In this document: positions 48,380-60,697 of the stretch, piece by piece | How positions within the stretch are numbered: the first letter of the stretch is position 1 | Layout of the letters: every line of letters starts with the position of its first letter | Assembly (NCBI RefSeq): GCF_044704955.1 | Contig: NC_091982.1 | Coordinates: forward strand, 235,662,001 to 235,726,000 | Direction: 5' to 3' | DNA from: Pristiophorus japonicus | Lineage: Eukaryota | DNA: 64,000 bases | The notes under the pieces: model-generated | What the model saw: the letters and a program-made list of their open reading frames with translations, nothing else | Told to the model about the DNA's origin: nothing | The model's database searches: none | Program-made: the position numbers and the translations under genes

Positions 48380-50110
48380 CCACAGCACCAAAGCTGCATG
48401 ACTTGAAGATTGTGACTGTGACCATAGTGCATTAGTCTTCCTCATCCATGTTGACCTCTCTGCAGCCTTTACTATGGTTTACCACTCAATCTTTTAATGC
48501 CTTTCCCCATTGTCCGGGTCAATGAGGCTGCTTTTGCTTGGTTCAAGTCTTACCTATCTGATCGTAGCGGGCAATGGTGTTTCCATTATGTCTTTAGATG
48601 CTCTGATAATGGCTTCACAAGGCAATGTGATGTACTTAAACTGTAGTGACCTCACTCCTTTATTGATAACTCGAGAGTGAGGATCACACCTGGTGGCCTG
48701 CCTTTTATACTAGGCCAGGCACAGCTGTACAGGTAACCTACAAGTCTCCCACTGCTGTGTGCCCTCTGGTGGCACACCTTGTGATAGTGCACACAGTAAC
48801 CATGTAGGATACATGACAGTTTCTTTCTTCCCCTGTGCTGTTATCACCGGAGTCCCTCAAAGATCGATCATTGATGATTTCCGCCTCCTCCTCTTTATCT
48901 ACATGCTACTCCTTGGAGCCATCGTCTGCCAACTGGAGGTCAGCTTCCATATGTATGCTGATGACACCCAGCTCCACCTCTACACCACCTCTCCATGCCC
49001 TCCATTGCCACTGTGTCATCAGGCTGCTTGTCTGACCTCAAGGGGGCAATTTTAACCCCCCAAAATGGGCGGGTTTGGGTTGCAACAGTGGGAGGTTAAA
49101 GTGTTCGAAATGTGAATCCCGACTCCAGCCTGCTCACTTCCGGTTCTAACTTCCGGCCAACAGCTCCCAGGAGGCAGGTTGACACACTTCAAATATTATG
49201 ATGAGGCCGCGTCCCTCATTTTGAAGCACCATTTTAAATGTAACTCTGGGCAGCTGGGTTTCCCGGGCCTTGCCTGCTGGCGAGGACGGCTGAATCCAAC
49301 GTGCCTGTCTCGCCAACGTCCCGTGATCCAACCCCCCCACACAACTCTCCGACTTCCCCCACAAGGCCTCCGATTTCCTCCCCCGCTTCCACCACGGACT
49401 CCGATCCCTTCCCACAAGATCTCCAATTCCCCACTCTGTATTTCTGATACCCCGGCCCCAATCCCCAATTTCTTCTCCCCATTCTCTCTAACCCCGGATC
49501 TCTATCCTCTGACCCCGCCCAACCCGTCCCTCTGACTTTACGATCTCCGATCCACAGCCCCCGACCTTCCCCCTCTGGTTTTCCAATCTCCATCCCCACT
49601 GCCCTCCCTCCCTCTCTCTCTCTCACTCACTCACCTCACTCACTCAGTCACACTCACTCACTCACTCACTCACTCACTCTCAATCTGACTGACTGCGGGC
49701 AGAACAAAAACGTTAATCAGGCCCTGCCATTAAATTTGGCAGGGCCTGTGTGGCCCGACCACAATCCAGCAATCCCACCCTCCCTCCCCGCCGGCGAGTT
49801 AAAATCCTTCCCGAATTTTTGGATGAACAACAATTTCTTACTGTTAGACATCGGGAAAACCGAAGCCGCTGTCTTCAGCTCCTGCCAAATATTTTGTACC
49901 CTTCCATAGTCCATTATTCTGTTCCCCGTTCTAGCCACAACCACAGGCTGAACCAGACTGTTTGAAAACTTGATGTCCTGTTTGATCCCGAGCTGAGTTA
50001 ACGATTCCATATCCTCCCCATTACTAAGTGCCTACTTTCATCTCTGTAACAACTCCCACCTCTGCCCCTGCCTTCGCCTATCTGCTGCTGAAGCCCTCAT
50101 CCATGCCTTT
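48380..50110 (+). mobile_element. Old L2-like LINE RT remnant, interrupted by a solo LTR and a MITE (about 49042-49812)
   Basis: GVPQ.S, SFHMYADDTQLHL and DLSAAF-like motifs. Confidence 0.65.
48584..48818 (-). mobile_element. Solo LTR of the 21788-25049 family
   Basis: Reverse-complement match to those LTRs; 5-bp TSD GTTTC. Confidence 0.8.
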
Positions 50111-50258
50111 TGTCATTGTTGCTAAATAAACGTGCGTTGTTCACTTGAGTAGTCACAAAGTCAGTCGGTGTTTCTGGTTACACTCACTTTATTATTTACT
50201 TCATCATAAAAAGCAATTTGCAAGCGGAGTTTTATCAGCAGGCAGAGCACAATTAAAT

Positions 50259-52050
50259 GAACATAAGAACATAAGAACATAAGAATTAGGAACAGGAGTA
50301 GGCCATCTAGCCCCTCGAGCCTGCTCCGCCATTCAACAAGATCATGGCTGATCTGGCCGTGGACTCAGCTCCACTTACCCGCCCGCTCCCCATAACCCTT
50401 AATTCCCTTATTGGTTAAAAATCTATCTATCTGTGATTTGAATACATTCAATGAGCTAGCCTCAGTTGCTTCCCTGGACAGAGAATTCCACAGATTCACA
50501 ACCTTCTGGGAGAAGAAATTCCTTCTCAACTCGGTTTTAAATTGGCTCCCCCATATTTTGAGGCTGTGCCCCCTAGTTCTAGTCTCCCCGACCAGTGGAA
50601 ACAACCTCTCTGCCTCTATCTTGTCTATCCCTTTCATTATTTGAAATGTTTCTATAAGATCACCCCTCATCCTTCTGAACTCCAATGAGTAAAGACCCAG
50701 TCTACTCAATCTATCATCATAAGGTAACCCCCTCATCTCCGGAATCAGCCTAGTGAATCGTCTCTGTACCCCCTCCAAAGCTAGTATATCCTTCCTTAAG
50801 TAAGGTGACCAAAACTGCACGCAGTACTCCAGGTGCGGCCTCACCAATGCCCTGTACAGTTGCAGCAGGACCTCCCTGCTTTTGTACTCCATCCCTCTCG
50901 CAATGAAGGCCAACATTCCATTCGCCTTCCTGATTACCTGCTGTACCTGCAAACTAACTTTTTGGGATTCATGCACAAGGACCCCCAAGCCCCTCTGCAC
51001 CGCAGCATGTTGTAATTTCTCCCCATTCAAATAATATTCCCTTTTACTGTGTTTTTTTCCAAGGTGGATGACCTCACATTTTCCGACATTGTATTCCATC
51101 TGTCAAACCTTATCCCATTCGCTTAACCTGTCTAAATCTCTTTGCAGCCTCTCTGTGTCCTCTACACAACCCGCTTTCCCACTAATCTTTGTGTCATCTG
51201 CAAATTTTGTTACACTACACTCTGTCCCTCTTCCAGGTCATCTATGTATATTGTAAACAGTTGTGGTCCCAGCACCGATCCCTGTGGCACACCACTAACC
51301 ACCGATTTCCAACCCGAAAAGGACCCATTTATCCCGACTCTCTGCTTTCTGTTCGCCAGCCAATTCTTGATCCATGCTAATACATTTCCTCTGACTCCGC
51401 GTACCTTTATCTTCTGCAGTAACCTTTTGTGTGGCACCTTATCGAATGCCTTTTGGAAATCTAAATACACCACATCCATCGGAACACCTCTATCCATCAT
51501 GCTAGTTATATCCTCAAAGAATTCCAGTAAATTAGTTAAACGTGATTTCCCCTTCATGAATCCATGTTGCGTCTGCTTGATTGCACTATTCCTATCGAGA
51601 TGTCCTGCTATTTCTTCCTTAATGATAGCTTCAAGCATTTTCCCCACTACAGATGTTAAACTAACCGGCCTATAGTTACCTGCCTTTTGTTTGCCCCCTT
51701 TTTTAAACAGGCGTTACATTAGCTGCTTTCCAATCTGCTGGTACCTCCCCAGAGTCCAGAGAATTTTGGTAGATTATAACGAATGCATCTGCTTTCACTT
51801 CCGCCATCTCTTTTAATACCCTGGGATGCATTTCATCAGGACCAGGGGACTTGTCTACCTTGAGTCCCATCCGCCTGTCCAGTACTACCCCCCCTAGTGA
51901 TAGTGATTGTCTCAAGGTCCTCCCTTCCCACATTCCTGTGACCAGCAATTTTTGGCATGGTTTTTGTGTCTTCCACTGTGAAGACCGAAGCAAAATAATT
52001 GTTTAAGGTCTCAGCAATTTCCACATTTCCCATTATGAAATCCTCATTGT
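50259..52050 (-). mobile_element. 5'-truncated CR1 (RT domain, frameshifted)
   Basis: ORFs 50365-51099, 51210-51647 and 51703-51993 carry CR1 RT motifs; (TTCTTATG)n tail. Confidence 0.9.
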
Positions 52051-52267
52051 CCTGCCTGACACCCAGAAAATGGCTTTTCCTTATCCTCTTGAGCAAACTG
52101 CAATTTTCCCTTCTCTCGCCTGAATGATCACTTTTATTACACATTACCTGATACGGTAACCTCTTGCTTAATTCTGATCATCAACTGTTGTCGCAACAAC
52201 TGTCTGGTATATTCTATTGATCGGCCATGAGCACACTAACTGACCCCATTATTTTGTATCTTTGTTG

Positions 52268-52426
52268 NNNNNNNNNNNNNNNNNNNNNNNNNNNNNNNNN
52301 NNNNNNNNNNNNNNNNNNNNNNNNNNNNNNNNNNNNNNNNNNNNNNNNNNNNNNNNNNNNNNNNNNNNNNNNNNNNNNNNNNNNNNNNNNNNNNNNNNNN
52401 NNNNNNNNNNNNNNNNNNNNNNNNNN
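52268..52426. other. Assembly gap (N run)
   Basis: Run of N characters. Confidence 0.99.
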
Positions 52427-52913
52427 CTATCCATCTTGTACATCCAGCAGTCATCTCAAGACCTGACAATGCCATCGTTCTATTGGCTGGTCTCCGAATC
52501 TCCACTGTCCGTAAAATTCAGCTCATCCAAAACACTGCTGCCCATTTTTTAACCCGCTCCCAAGTGTCGCTCACCCCTCGCCCCTGTGCTCGCTGACCTA
52601 CAATGGCCCAATGCCTCCAATTTAAAATTCTTATCCTCGCGTCTACATCCTTTCCTGATCTCGCTCCTCCAAATCTTCCCCAGCCCCACAACTCCCTCTC
52701 CCCCTGAAAACGCCACTGCTCTGAGTCTGGCCTTTCCTGCACCTCTCTCCTCCCTTCGTTACGTGAAGTGTAACTTCATACTTGAAGGTGGTCAATTAAC
52801 CGTTGCCAAATGCATCAGCAATATTTCATTACTGGGCAGATATAGTACACTGATGATGCTGGCTTTATTTGAAAAATTGACTGTTGTAGTTAATAAAGAG
52901 TTGGGGGAATTCA

Positions 52914-53150
52914 TCATCGACGGTTCCTCGAACAAGGATGGCTTCCACGAGTTCACAGATGTTTCAATGAAGGACCCGATGTTCCAGTCCTGAACTCCAA
53001 TGGAGGGGGTGGAAGATACCTGTGTGTGGATTTTTTCAATGTGTGGTGACCGTTGCACACCAGCCACCACACGGGCTTGACAGAGCTCGGCCTTTATCCA
53101 GTGGCAAAGGTTAACCACTGGACCTAGTGCACACACATATCGCAGTGTGA
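52914..53150 (-). mobile_element. RTE-tailed non-autonomous element fragment
   Basis: Matches the 1480-1946 and 35938-36285 family. Confidence 0.65.
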
Positions 53151-53992
53151 TCTGTTGGGAGAATTATGCTAAAGTTACCTAACAGAAGCATGAAGAATAT
53201 AGAGTTTGAGAACATTATTTTGCTTTTGCTGTTTATAATCGCAAGAAATTCGACATTTTGGCTATTCTGTCTTGGGGACCCAGTTGGGCTATTTACCTGC
53301 AGAAAGGTAAGAGAGGGGTAAGGGGTAGATGAGCCACTCTTTTACGCTAGTTTATAACCAGTTCAAGACCATTGCTTGCAAGGACCCAGGAGGACATTTT
53401 CTTTGCTGCACATTTTCCTGCACATTTTCTTTGGTCATAGTGTGTATTTGATAAAGAAGGTACAAAAGATGGGATAGAAAAATAAACGTGAAAGATGGTG
53501 CAAGTACATTGAAATATCCAAAAATACATTAATTCATTTCTGTTTTATAAATGTTGCTATGGATTTAAATCACAAAAACGCATGGATTTAAATCACAAAA
53601 ACGCATTGAAAAGCTGGCTTGCATGTCATCTCCTCCAGCAGCAGCACGACTAAGACCTAAGACAGATTATGCACACCACAAGCGTGTGGCCGGCACAGCA
53701 GACAACTAGTTATGTTGCACCTCCGCTACTTTTGGAGTTGTTTCCTGTTAAAAGCCACTTAAAATTGAGGTTCACTTGCTGCTGCAAACTTGCTGACAGA
53801 ATCTTGTGATTGAAATCTTCACATTAGTCATCCTGTAGTTAAAGTAAGTTGTTACTGTATTTGGAAAAGAAAATCGAAATACAATTTTTCTGGTACATGA
53901 TAGTATTTATTTGTATAATATTTTGGAATAATGTACAATCAACTGTCACCAAGTCAACTTCTGTTGATGCTTTGTGAAATTGATAAAGATTT

Positions 53993-54510
53993 TTACGAAA
54001 GGATATACTTGCTTTGGAGGCAGTTCAGAGAAGGTTCACTAGGTTGATTCCGGGGATGAGGGGGTTGACTTATGAGGAAAAGTTGAGTAGGTTGGGCCTC
54101 TATTCATTGGAATTCAAAAGACTGAGAGGTGATTTTATCGAAATGTATAAGATTATGAGGGGGCTTGACAAGGTGGATGCAGAGAGAATGTTTCCACTGG
54201 TGGGGGAGACTAGAACTAGAGGGCATGATCTTAGAATAAGGGGCCGCCCATTTAAGACTGTGATGAGGAGAAATTTCTTCTCTCAGAAGATTGTAAATCT
54301 GTGGAATTCACTGCCTCAGAGAGCTGTGGAAGCTGGGACATTGAATAAATTTAAGACAGAAATAGACAGTTTCTTAAACGATAAGGGGTTATGGGAGCGG
54401 GCGGGGAAGTGGACCTGAGTCCATGATCAGATCAGCCATGATCTTATTGAATGGCGGAGCAGGCTTGAAGGGCTGTATGGCCTACTCCTGTTCCTATTTC
54501 TTATGTTCTT
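53993..54510 (+). mobile_element. CR1 3' fragment
   Basis: EAVQRRFTRLIPG..RTRGHDL..LWNSLP. Confidence 0.85.
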
Positions 54511-55238
54511 ATTACAACAGTGACTACTCTCCAAAAAATACGCCATTGGCTGTAAAGCCCTTTGGGTCATCCTGAGGTCATGAGAGGCATTGTATGAACA
54601 CCATAGAAATTTATTTTTAAAAGTTAAACTCAACTCTACTGAAAGGAGTTAAGTAAATAAATGGCCACACGGCTTGTCGGGAACGTTGGTAATGACCCAC
54701 CTTTAGTCAAGGGTAAATGTCTTTCGGATGAGACGTCAAACCGAGGCCTCGTCTGGCGCCTCTGGGGGGATAGTTCCAGATTTCCACTGTCCTTTGTGTG
54801 AAGAAGTGCTTCCTGACATCACCCCCTGAAGTTGTAAAGGAAGATACTCCAGCCTGGTAATTTAGCAGTTGGGGGGCAAGACGGGGGGAAATATTAGGAA
54901 TGGTCAAGCTGTCATAAGCCTCATTCGTGTGCATATTTGAATATTACGGGAATCGAGGGATATGGGGACAGTGCAGGAATGTGAAGTTGAGGTCAAAGAT
55001 CAGCCATGATCTCATTCAAAGGGCCGAATGGTCTACTCCTGCTTCTAATTCTTATGTCCTTAAGACCTTTATTCGAAGGGTAATTAATCTTGGGAACAAT
55101 CTGTCAGGGTGGGTGTTAGAGCTAACAATATTAGGAAGCCTTAAAGTGTAGCTGGATGGGAGAGCCAGGGTACCAGAGGGATGAAGTTTGATGGGCCAAA
55201 TTACATTTTCCCATCCTTTGCATTTCCAGTGCACTTAC

Positions 55239-55453
55239 TGTTACGCTCATAATAAAGTGATACGACTGAGTACTGTATACAATGTGTAAGTGTGACCTTA
55301 GCTCCTTTTAATTAAACCCCAGAGTGCTGGTACAGTGTGGGAGGCCTGCTTATATACAGTGCTCCCAAGGGATACTGGGATCCCTTGGGACTCCAACAGG
55401 TAGGCCCTCTGGTGGTGGTATGATGCAGGTTGCCAAGGGTTACATACATAATA
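55239..55453 (-). mobile_element. Solo LTR (family of 40470-40683)
   Basis: Sequence similarity and 5-bp TSD CTTAC. Confidence 0.75.
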
Positions 55454-56309
55454 CTTACAGTGCAAGAATTGTGTTGAAAAAGTTACTGAAAAAACAAAGC
55501 TACAAGTATTTTAATCAGCTGATTGATGTCTTCCAGTGTAAAACTTACTTCTCCAACACTTCTCGGCATCATTATAGTCTGTTTAATAATGAACACCATG
55601 AAACTGATTGAAACTTAACGCGAGTTATTTCAGTCCAATTAATGTGCAGCTCCATCTGCTTGGCTTCACTGAGGTCATATTTCACTTATAAGGTCATAAC
55701 TGTATTTTACAGGTAAGGAAACATTAGGAACAGGAGTAGGCCATTCAGCCTCTTGGGCATGCTGCACCATCCAATTAGATCATGACTGATCTGCCCCTCT
55801 ACTCCATTTCCCTACCGTTGTTCCATATCCCTTGATACCATTAACCAACATAAATCTCTCTCAGTCTTGAAAGCTCCAATTGTCCTAGCATCCACAGCCT
55901 TTTGAGGGAAGAGTTGCAAATTTCTACTAGCCTTTGTGTGACGTAGCTCCAATTTTAAGATTGTTATGTCCCCATGTTTTTTGATTTCCCCCACCAGAGG
56001 AAATATATTCTCCGTATCTGCCCCGCCAAATCCTTCTAACATTTTAAACTATTTCCCTTCATTACAATGTAAGGATTTAAACTCAACAACCCATTTACAC
56101 AATAGATTGATATTAAAGTTGGGAGTGCCATCACTCACTTTCATTGTAACCTTCTGAAAATGGTACACTGTAAACTCCACGATCAGATAATTAATGGAGT
56201 AGATTTCAGTTGACACTGATAAATAACAGTTAATCGGGAGTTCAGAGATTAGAGTCACATATATATATGAACCTGTCTTACAGCATCGCTAGGCAAAGGA
56301 GTAAGACCA

Positions 56310-56870
56310 AGGGGATGGAGTATGAAAGCAGGGAAGTCTTACTACAGTTGTACAGATTATTGTGAGGCCACACCTGGAATACTGCGTGCAGTTCAGAAAA
56401 GGTTCACTAAGTTGATTCCGGAGAGGAGAGGGTTGAGTTATGAGGAAAGGTTGAGTAGGTTGGGCCTCTACTCATTGGAATTCAGAAGAATGAGAGTTGA
56501 TCTTATAGAAACGTAAAAGATTATGAGGAGGTTTGACAAGATGGATGCAGAGAGGATGTTTCCACTGATGGGGGAGACTAGAACTAGGGGGCATGATCTT
56601 AGAATAAGGGGCCGCCTATTTAAAACTCAGATGAGGAGAAATTTTTTCTCCTGAAGGTTGTGAATCTGTGGAATTCGCTGCCTCAGAGAGCTGTGGAAGC
56701 TGGGACATTGAATAAATTTAAGACAGAAATAGACAGTTTCTTAAACGATAAGGGGATAAGGGGTTATGGGGAGCGGGCAGGGAAGTGGAGCCGAGTCCAT
56801 GATAAGATCAGCCATGATCGTATTAAATAGCGGAGCAGGCTCGAGGGGCCTTGTCCTGCTCCTATTTCTT
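56310..56870 (+). mobile_element. CR1 3' fragment
   Basis: CR1 C-terminal motifs and 3' UTR hairpin. Confidence 0.8.
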
Positions 56871-57710
56871 GTGTACAAGTAAGTACCTGTACACTACAAA
56901 TAACAAAGGAGTAGATTGGGCCTATACTTTCTGGAGTTTAGAAGAATGAGAGGTGATCTCACTGAAACATAAGATTCTGACAGTATTAAATGTTGTTACT
57001 GCACTTGGTATTGTTGGTATTGCAGAGATGTTAGCTTGTGGCCTGCCGTTTAGAACGTTGGAACATACACTTAATCACGAGCTACATTTCCGTTATTTTA
57101 TCTTAATGCAGCAGAACACACTTTGCACTTCCTGGAGCATCTGAGGGTTTGGCTGATAATCATGGTGCAGATTAGAGAGTTTTCTCATTCACCGAATGAA
57201 GGCAGTGAGCTTCAATTGCTGTATAAAGTCTTGGGCAAATTGGCGGGTGCAGAGGCAATGAATCCATACTGAAAGAATCGAATTGGGAACCTCGGTGAAC
57301 CCTATTGTTACTGGTGTTTATAGTCCCAGCGGGTATAGTTCAAATTGAGGTCTTGAAACCTTCCTTGGCCAGCATGTGTCCCTCAGCCAACATCACCAAC
57401 AACGGACTGCTCTTATTTCAGTTTTGTGGGATCTTTCTGTGTGAAAATTGGTCACTGTTTTCGACTAGGTGACCAGCTGTGACTACACTTCAAAAACAAT
57501 TCTGTGGCTCCATAGTACTTTGGTCCATCCCGAGGGTGTGGGAGGCGTTATATAAATGCCGTGTCATCTTTCTTCCCATCCGCCCCCTCCACCCCCCCAA
57601 CCAATTTTTTTGTTTAGCACTCTTAAGGTGTTTGCTATTTCCTTCTTAGTAAAATGGAATGATGGAGAACAAGGGCACATTCAGTGTAACTCTGCAAGGT
57701 TCATTTTACA

Positions 57711-58766
57711 TTAGTTCACACGGTTGACATGGTTGTGGCTGAGTTCATCGAGTATGGAGTGTGAAGCATTAGCACGCAAGGACATATCGTTGTGGGAAAC
57801 ACTGGCCTTTGCCTTTGTGTGAAAGCCTAACTTTGACCTAAACGCCTTGCAGAACAGAAAGTAGATCACTGGATCGAAGCATGCATTGAGCGTTGACAGC
57901 ACGACGGCCGATTCTTTCAAGTGATACAGCGTCCTTTTCCAAAAACAACTGGAGATGACATTTAACTGACTTAACATGTAAGGGAGCCTTACGATGTGGT
58001 AGGGAACAAAACAAACCAAGAACACAGCCAGCAGGATTAGAATGTTGTTCTTCGCCTTGGCTTGCTTCTTGAGTGAACGTGGAGATGGGGATTTGTCGAG
58101 TCGTTTTGCAGTTTGAAAGTAAAAGAAGCAAAGTGCAATTAACACACAGAGAAACAAGATTATGCAAGCAATTTGGAGGATTACATGGAAGGAAATTCCC
58201 ACACCACTTCTAAATTCCAAGCATGTTGCTCTTGTACTGTTCTGTGGTGGCTTATTCCCCGTCAGGAGCATGTACGACAATCCAAAGCTGAGAAGTACAC
58301 ACCAGGTTCCTACGGAGAGAATCTTTGCGGACTTGAGCTTTTGAAATGCATGTATTTTGAGTGGTTTGACGATTTTCAGGTATCTGATGGCCGCAATGTA
58401 TCCCAGGAAGAGAATGCTTGAATATATGTTCAAATAGAAGATGCACGTCATAAAATTGCAGTAGATTTTTCTCATTGTTGCGACTTCCTTGTACATATCT
58501 CCGATGATTCTTATCGGCAGAGACAGGACCAGCATGAAATCGGCTATGACCAGGTTCTTCAAGTAGACAATGATGCTGTTGCTGCTGGGAATGTGACAGA
58601 AGTATACCCAGAAAGCCAGGCTGTTGAGGATGGCTCCGACTGAACAAATTACCGCATAGGCAATAATCGTAAACGTCGCAATGCCATTGGAAGCCAATTG
58701 GCAAGTAGTGTTGCCAGAGGAATTTGTCCTGGTGACCATCTCGATACTTGCTGTAGGGTCAGGCAT
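57711..58766 (-). CDS. P2Y purinoceptor 14-like GPCR (P2Y12/13/14/GPR87 subfamily), single coding exon; ATG at 58766 or 58739
   Basis: 7TM: IIVYLKNLVIADF, FYLNIYSSILFLG, IRYLKIVKP, CFVPYHIVRLPY (HxxR), KESAVVLSTLNACFDPVIY; N-glycosylation sites NSS/NTT; acceptor ctcttttAG near 58830; position next to GPR171 matches P2RY14. Confidence 0.85.
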   Translation of the reverse strand: MPDPTASIEMVTRTNSSGNTTCQLASNGIATFTIIAYAVICSVGAILNSLAFWVYFCHIPSSNSIIVYLKNLVIADFMLVLSLPIRIIGDMYKEVATMRKIYCNFMTCIFYLNIYSSILFLGYIAAIRYLKIVKPLKIHAFQKLKSAKILSVGTWCVLLSFGLSYMLLTGNKPPQNSTRATCLEFRSGVGISFHVILQIACIILFLCVLIALCFFYFQTAKRLDKSPSPRSLKKQAKAKNNILILLAVFLVCFVPYHIVRLPYMLSQLNVISSCFWKRTLYHLKESAVVLSTLNACFDPVIYFLFCKAFRSKLGFHTKAKASVSHNDMSLRANASHSILDELSHNHVNRVN

Positions 58767-58889
58767 CCCAACATCTGATGGCAAGGTAGCATAAGTTACT
58801 TTTGCTGAAAGATGTCACATAACAATTTGCTAAAAGAGGCATTAGTCCTTGAAAAGCAATATGTGCTTGGGTGGGGGGGGGGGGGTTGT

Positions 58890-59170
58890 GTGAAGAGGGA
58901 GCGAGGGGGGGTTGAGGGAGTGAAGAGGAAGTGAGGGGGGGTGAGGGAGTGAAGAGGGAGCGAGGGGGGGTGAGGGAGTGAAGAGGGGGGAGGGAGTGAG
59001 TGAAGAGAGAGCGAGGGGGGGAAGGAGTGAAGAGGGAGGGGAGGAGTGAAGAGGGAGCGAGGGGAGGGGAGGAGTGAAGAGGGAGCGAGGAGGGGGGAGG
59101 AGTGAAGAGGGGGCAGGTGGGAGAGGGTGAGGGGAGATAGAAGGGGAGAGGTAGGGGGTGAGGGGGAGAT
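58890..59170. repeat. Purine-rich minisatellite (GAGTGAAGAGGGAGCGAGGG..)n
   Basis: About 10 degenerate units of 18-24 bp. Confidence 0.85.
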
Positions 59171-59576
59171 TCAGTATTTTATTGAATAGTCATTGTTTAG
59201 TAGCAGTTTATTAATGGCCCATATTTTCCTGGACCTACAGGTGTGTACGAGGTGCATATGCACCCGTGAGGTCCCCGCGAGGTCCCCGCGAGGTCCGGTA
59301 TATGCGAAAATCCGGAACTTGCAATCTGTCAAAAATCCTCCCTGCTTTTACCAGGGTAAGAGTTTAAATGAACGTAAAAATAATGTTAAAAAAATTATTT
59401 AAATATTAAAACACCTGTAAAATAAGTTAAGGTTATTTTTAGCCCCCTTTAAATGTTTAGTTATTTTTAGCCCCCTTTAAACGTTTACAGTTAATTTTCA
59501 AACAATTAAATTTTTGTTTCAAATGTTTAATTAAAAATGATTTTTGAAAGATGTATTTGAAAAAAGAAGAAAAGTA

Positions 59577-59975
59577 AGCCTTGCATTTCTATAGCACATT
59601 TCACGACCACTGGATGTCTCAAAGCGCTTTACAGCCAATAAAGTACTTTTGGAGTGTAGTCACTGTTGTAATGTGGGAAATGCAGCAGCCAATTTTTGCA
59701 CCGCAAGCTCCCACAAACAGCAATGTGATCGTGACCAGATGATCTGTTTTTGTTATGTTGATTGAGGGATAAATATTGGCAAGGACACCGAGGATAACTC
59801 CCCTGCTCTTCTTCGAAATATTGCCATGGGATCTTTTACATCCACCTGAGAGAGCAGACGGGGCCTCGTTTTAACATCTCCTCCAAAAGACGTCACCTCC
59901 GACAGTGCAGCACTCCCTCAGCACTGCACCGGAGTGTCAGCCTAGATTTATGTGCTCAAGTCCCTGGAGTGGGAC
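59577..59975 (-). mobile_element. Deu-type SINE, probably nested in a MITE (about 59216-60183)
   Basis: Reverse complement of the 2609-3072 body and tail. Confidence 0.75.
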
Positions 59976-60697
59976 GTAAGCATGAATGGGGATCCCCTTT
60001 TTTCATTGGTTGGGTCAGCTCACGTGATCCCTGGGATATGGTGGGCCTCCATGCGTGTCTGCGCATAGCAGCCCAGGAGCACGAGTCGCTCCGTTGATAC
60101 CGAGGCACCAGGTAGGCGCAAATTTTATTTGCGGATCGGAGATATTTCCCCACCGGAAGCCTCCGACCGCAGATTCAGGCCCATTATGTTTTATATCCAT
60201 CATGAGACTCTAGAAGTACAGCAGCTGATCACTGTAGCACACTTGATGTAGGCAATAAAGCGAACAATGGCTTTCTTCAGTGAAAAACATTTAACACTGC
60301 CCGTCTCTAACATCAGCCCTTTGATATAGCAAATTCTCCAACATTGTGACAAACTATGTTATTACCGTTTGCAGACTTTGTGCCTGTTTTCATTATTCAT
60401 TAAGGGGTAAAGAAAAAAACTCGCCTTTATAGAACGCCTTTCACAACCTCAGGATGTCCTAAAGCACTTTACAGCCAATGAAGTACTTTTGAAGTGTAAT
60501 CACTGGTGCATTGTAGGCAAATGGCAGCAAGGTCCCACAGACAGCAATGCATTCAACATATTAACGCTGAATGCACCAGATCCAGTGTGGTGGATTCTGG
60601 CAAATGAATCATACAATTCTGCTAATTGAGGTGAATCAGTAAATGTATTAAACTACGTGAGGGAGGCTCAGTAGATTACTAATGTCATCTGAATTTT

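Noticed and set aside
52227-52552. ORFs spanning X residues
   Set aside because: Artefacts of the N gap.
53150-53312. Possible MED12L exon ending at an AAG|GTAAGA donor
   Set aside because: No recognisable MED12L peptide in the upstream sequence.
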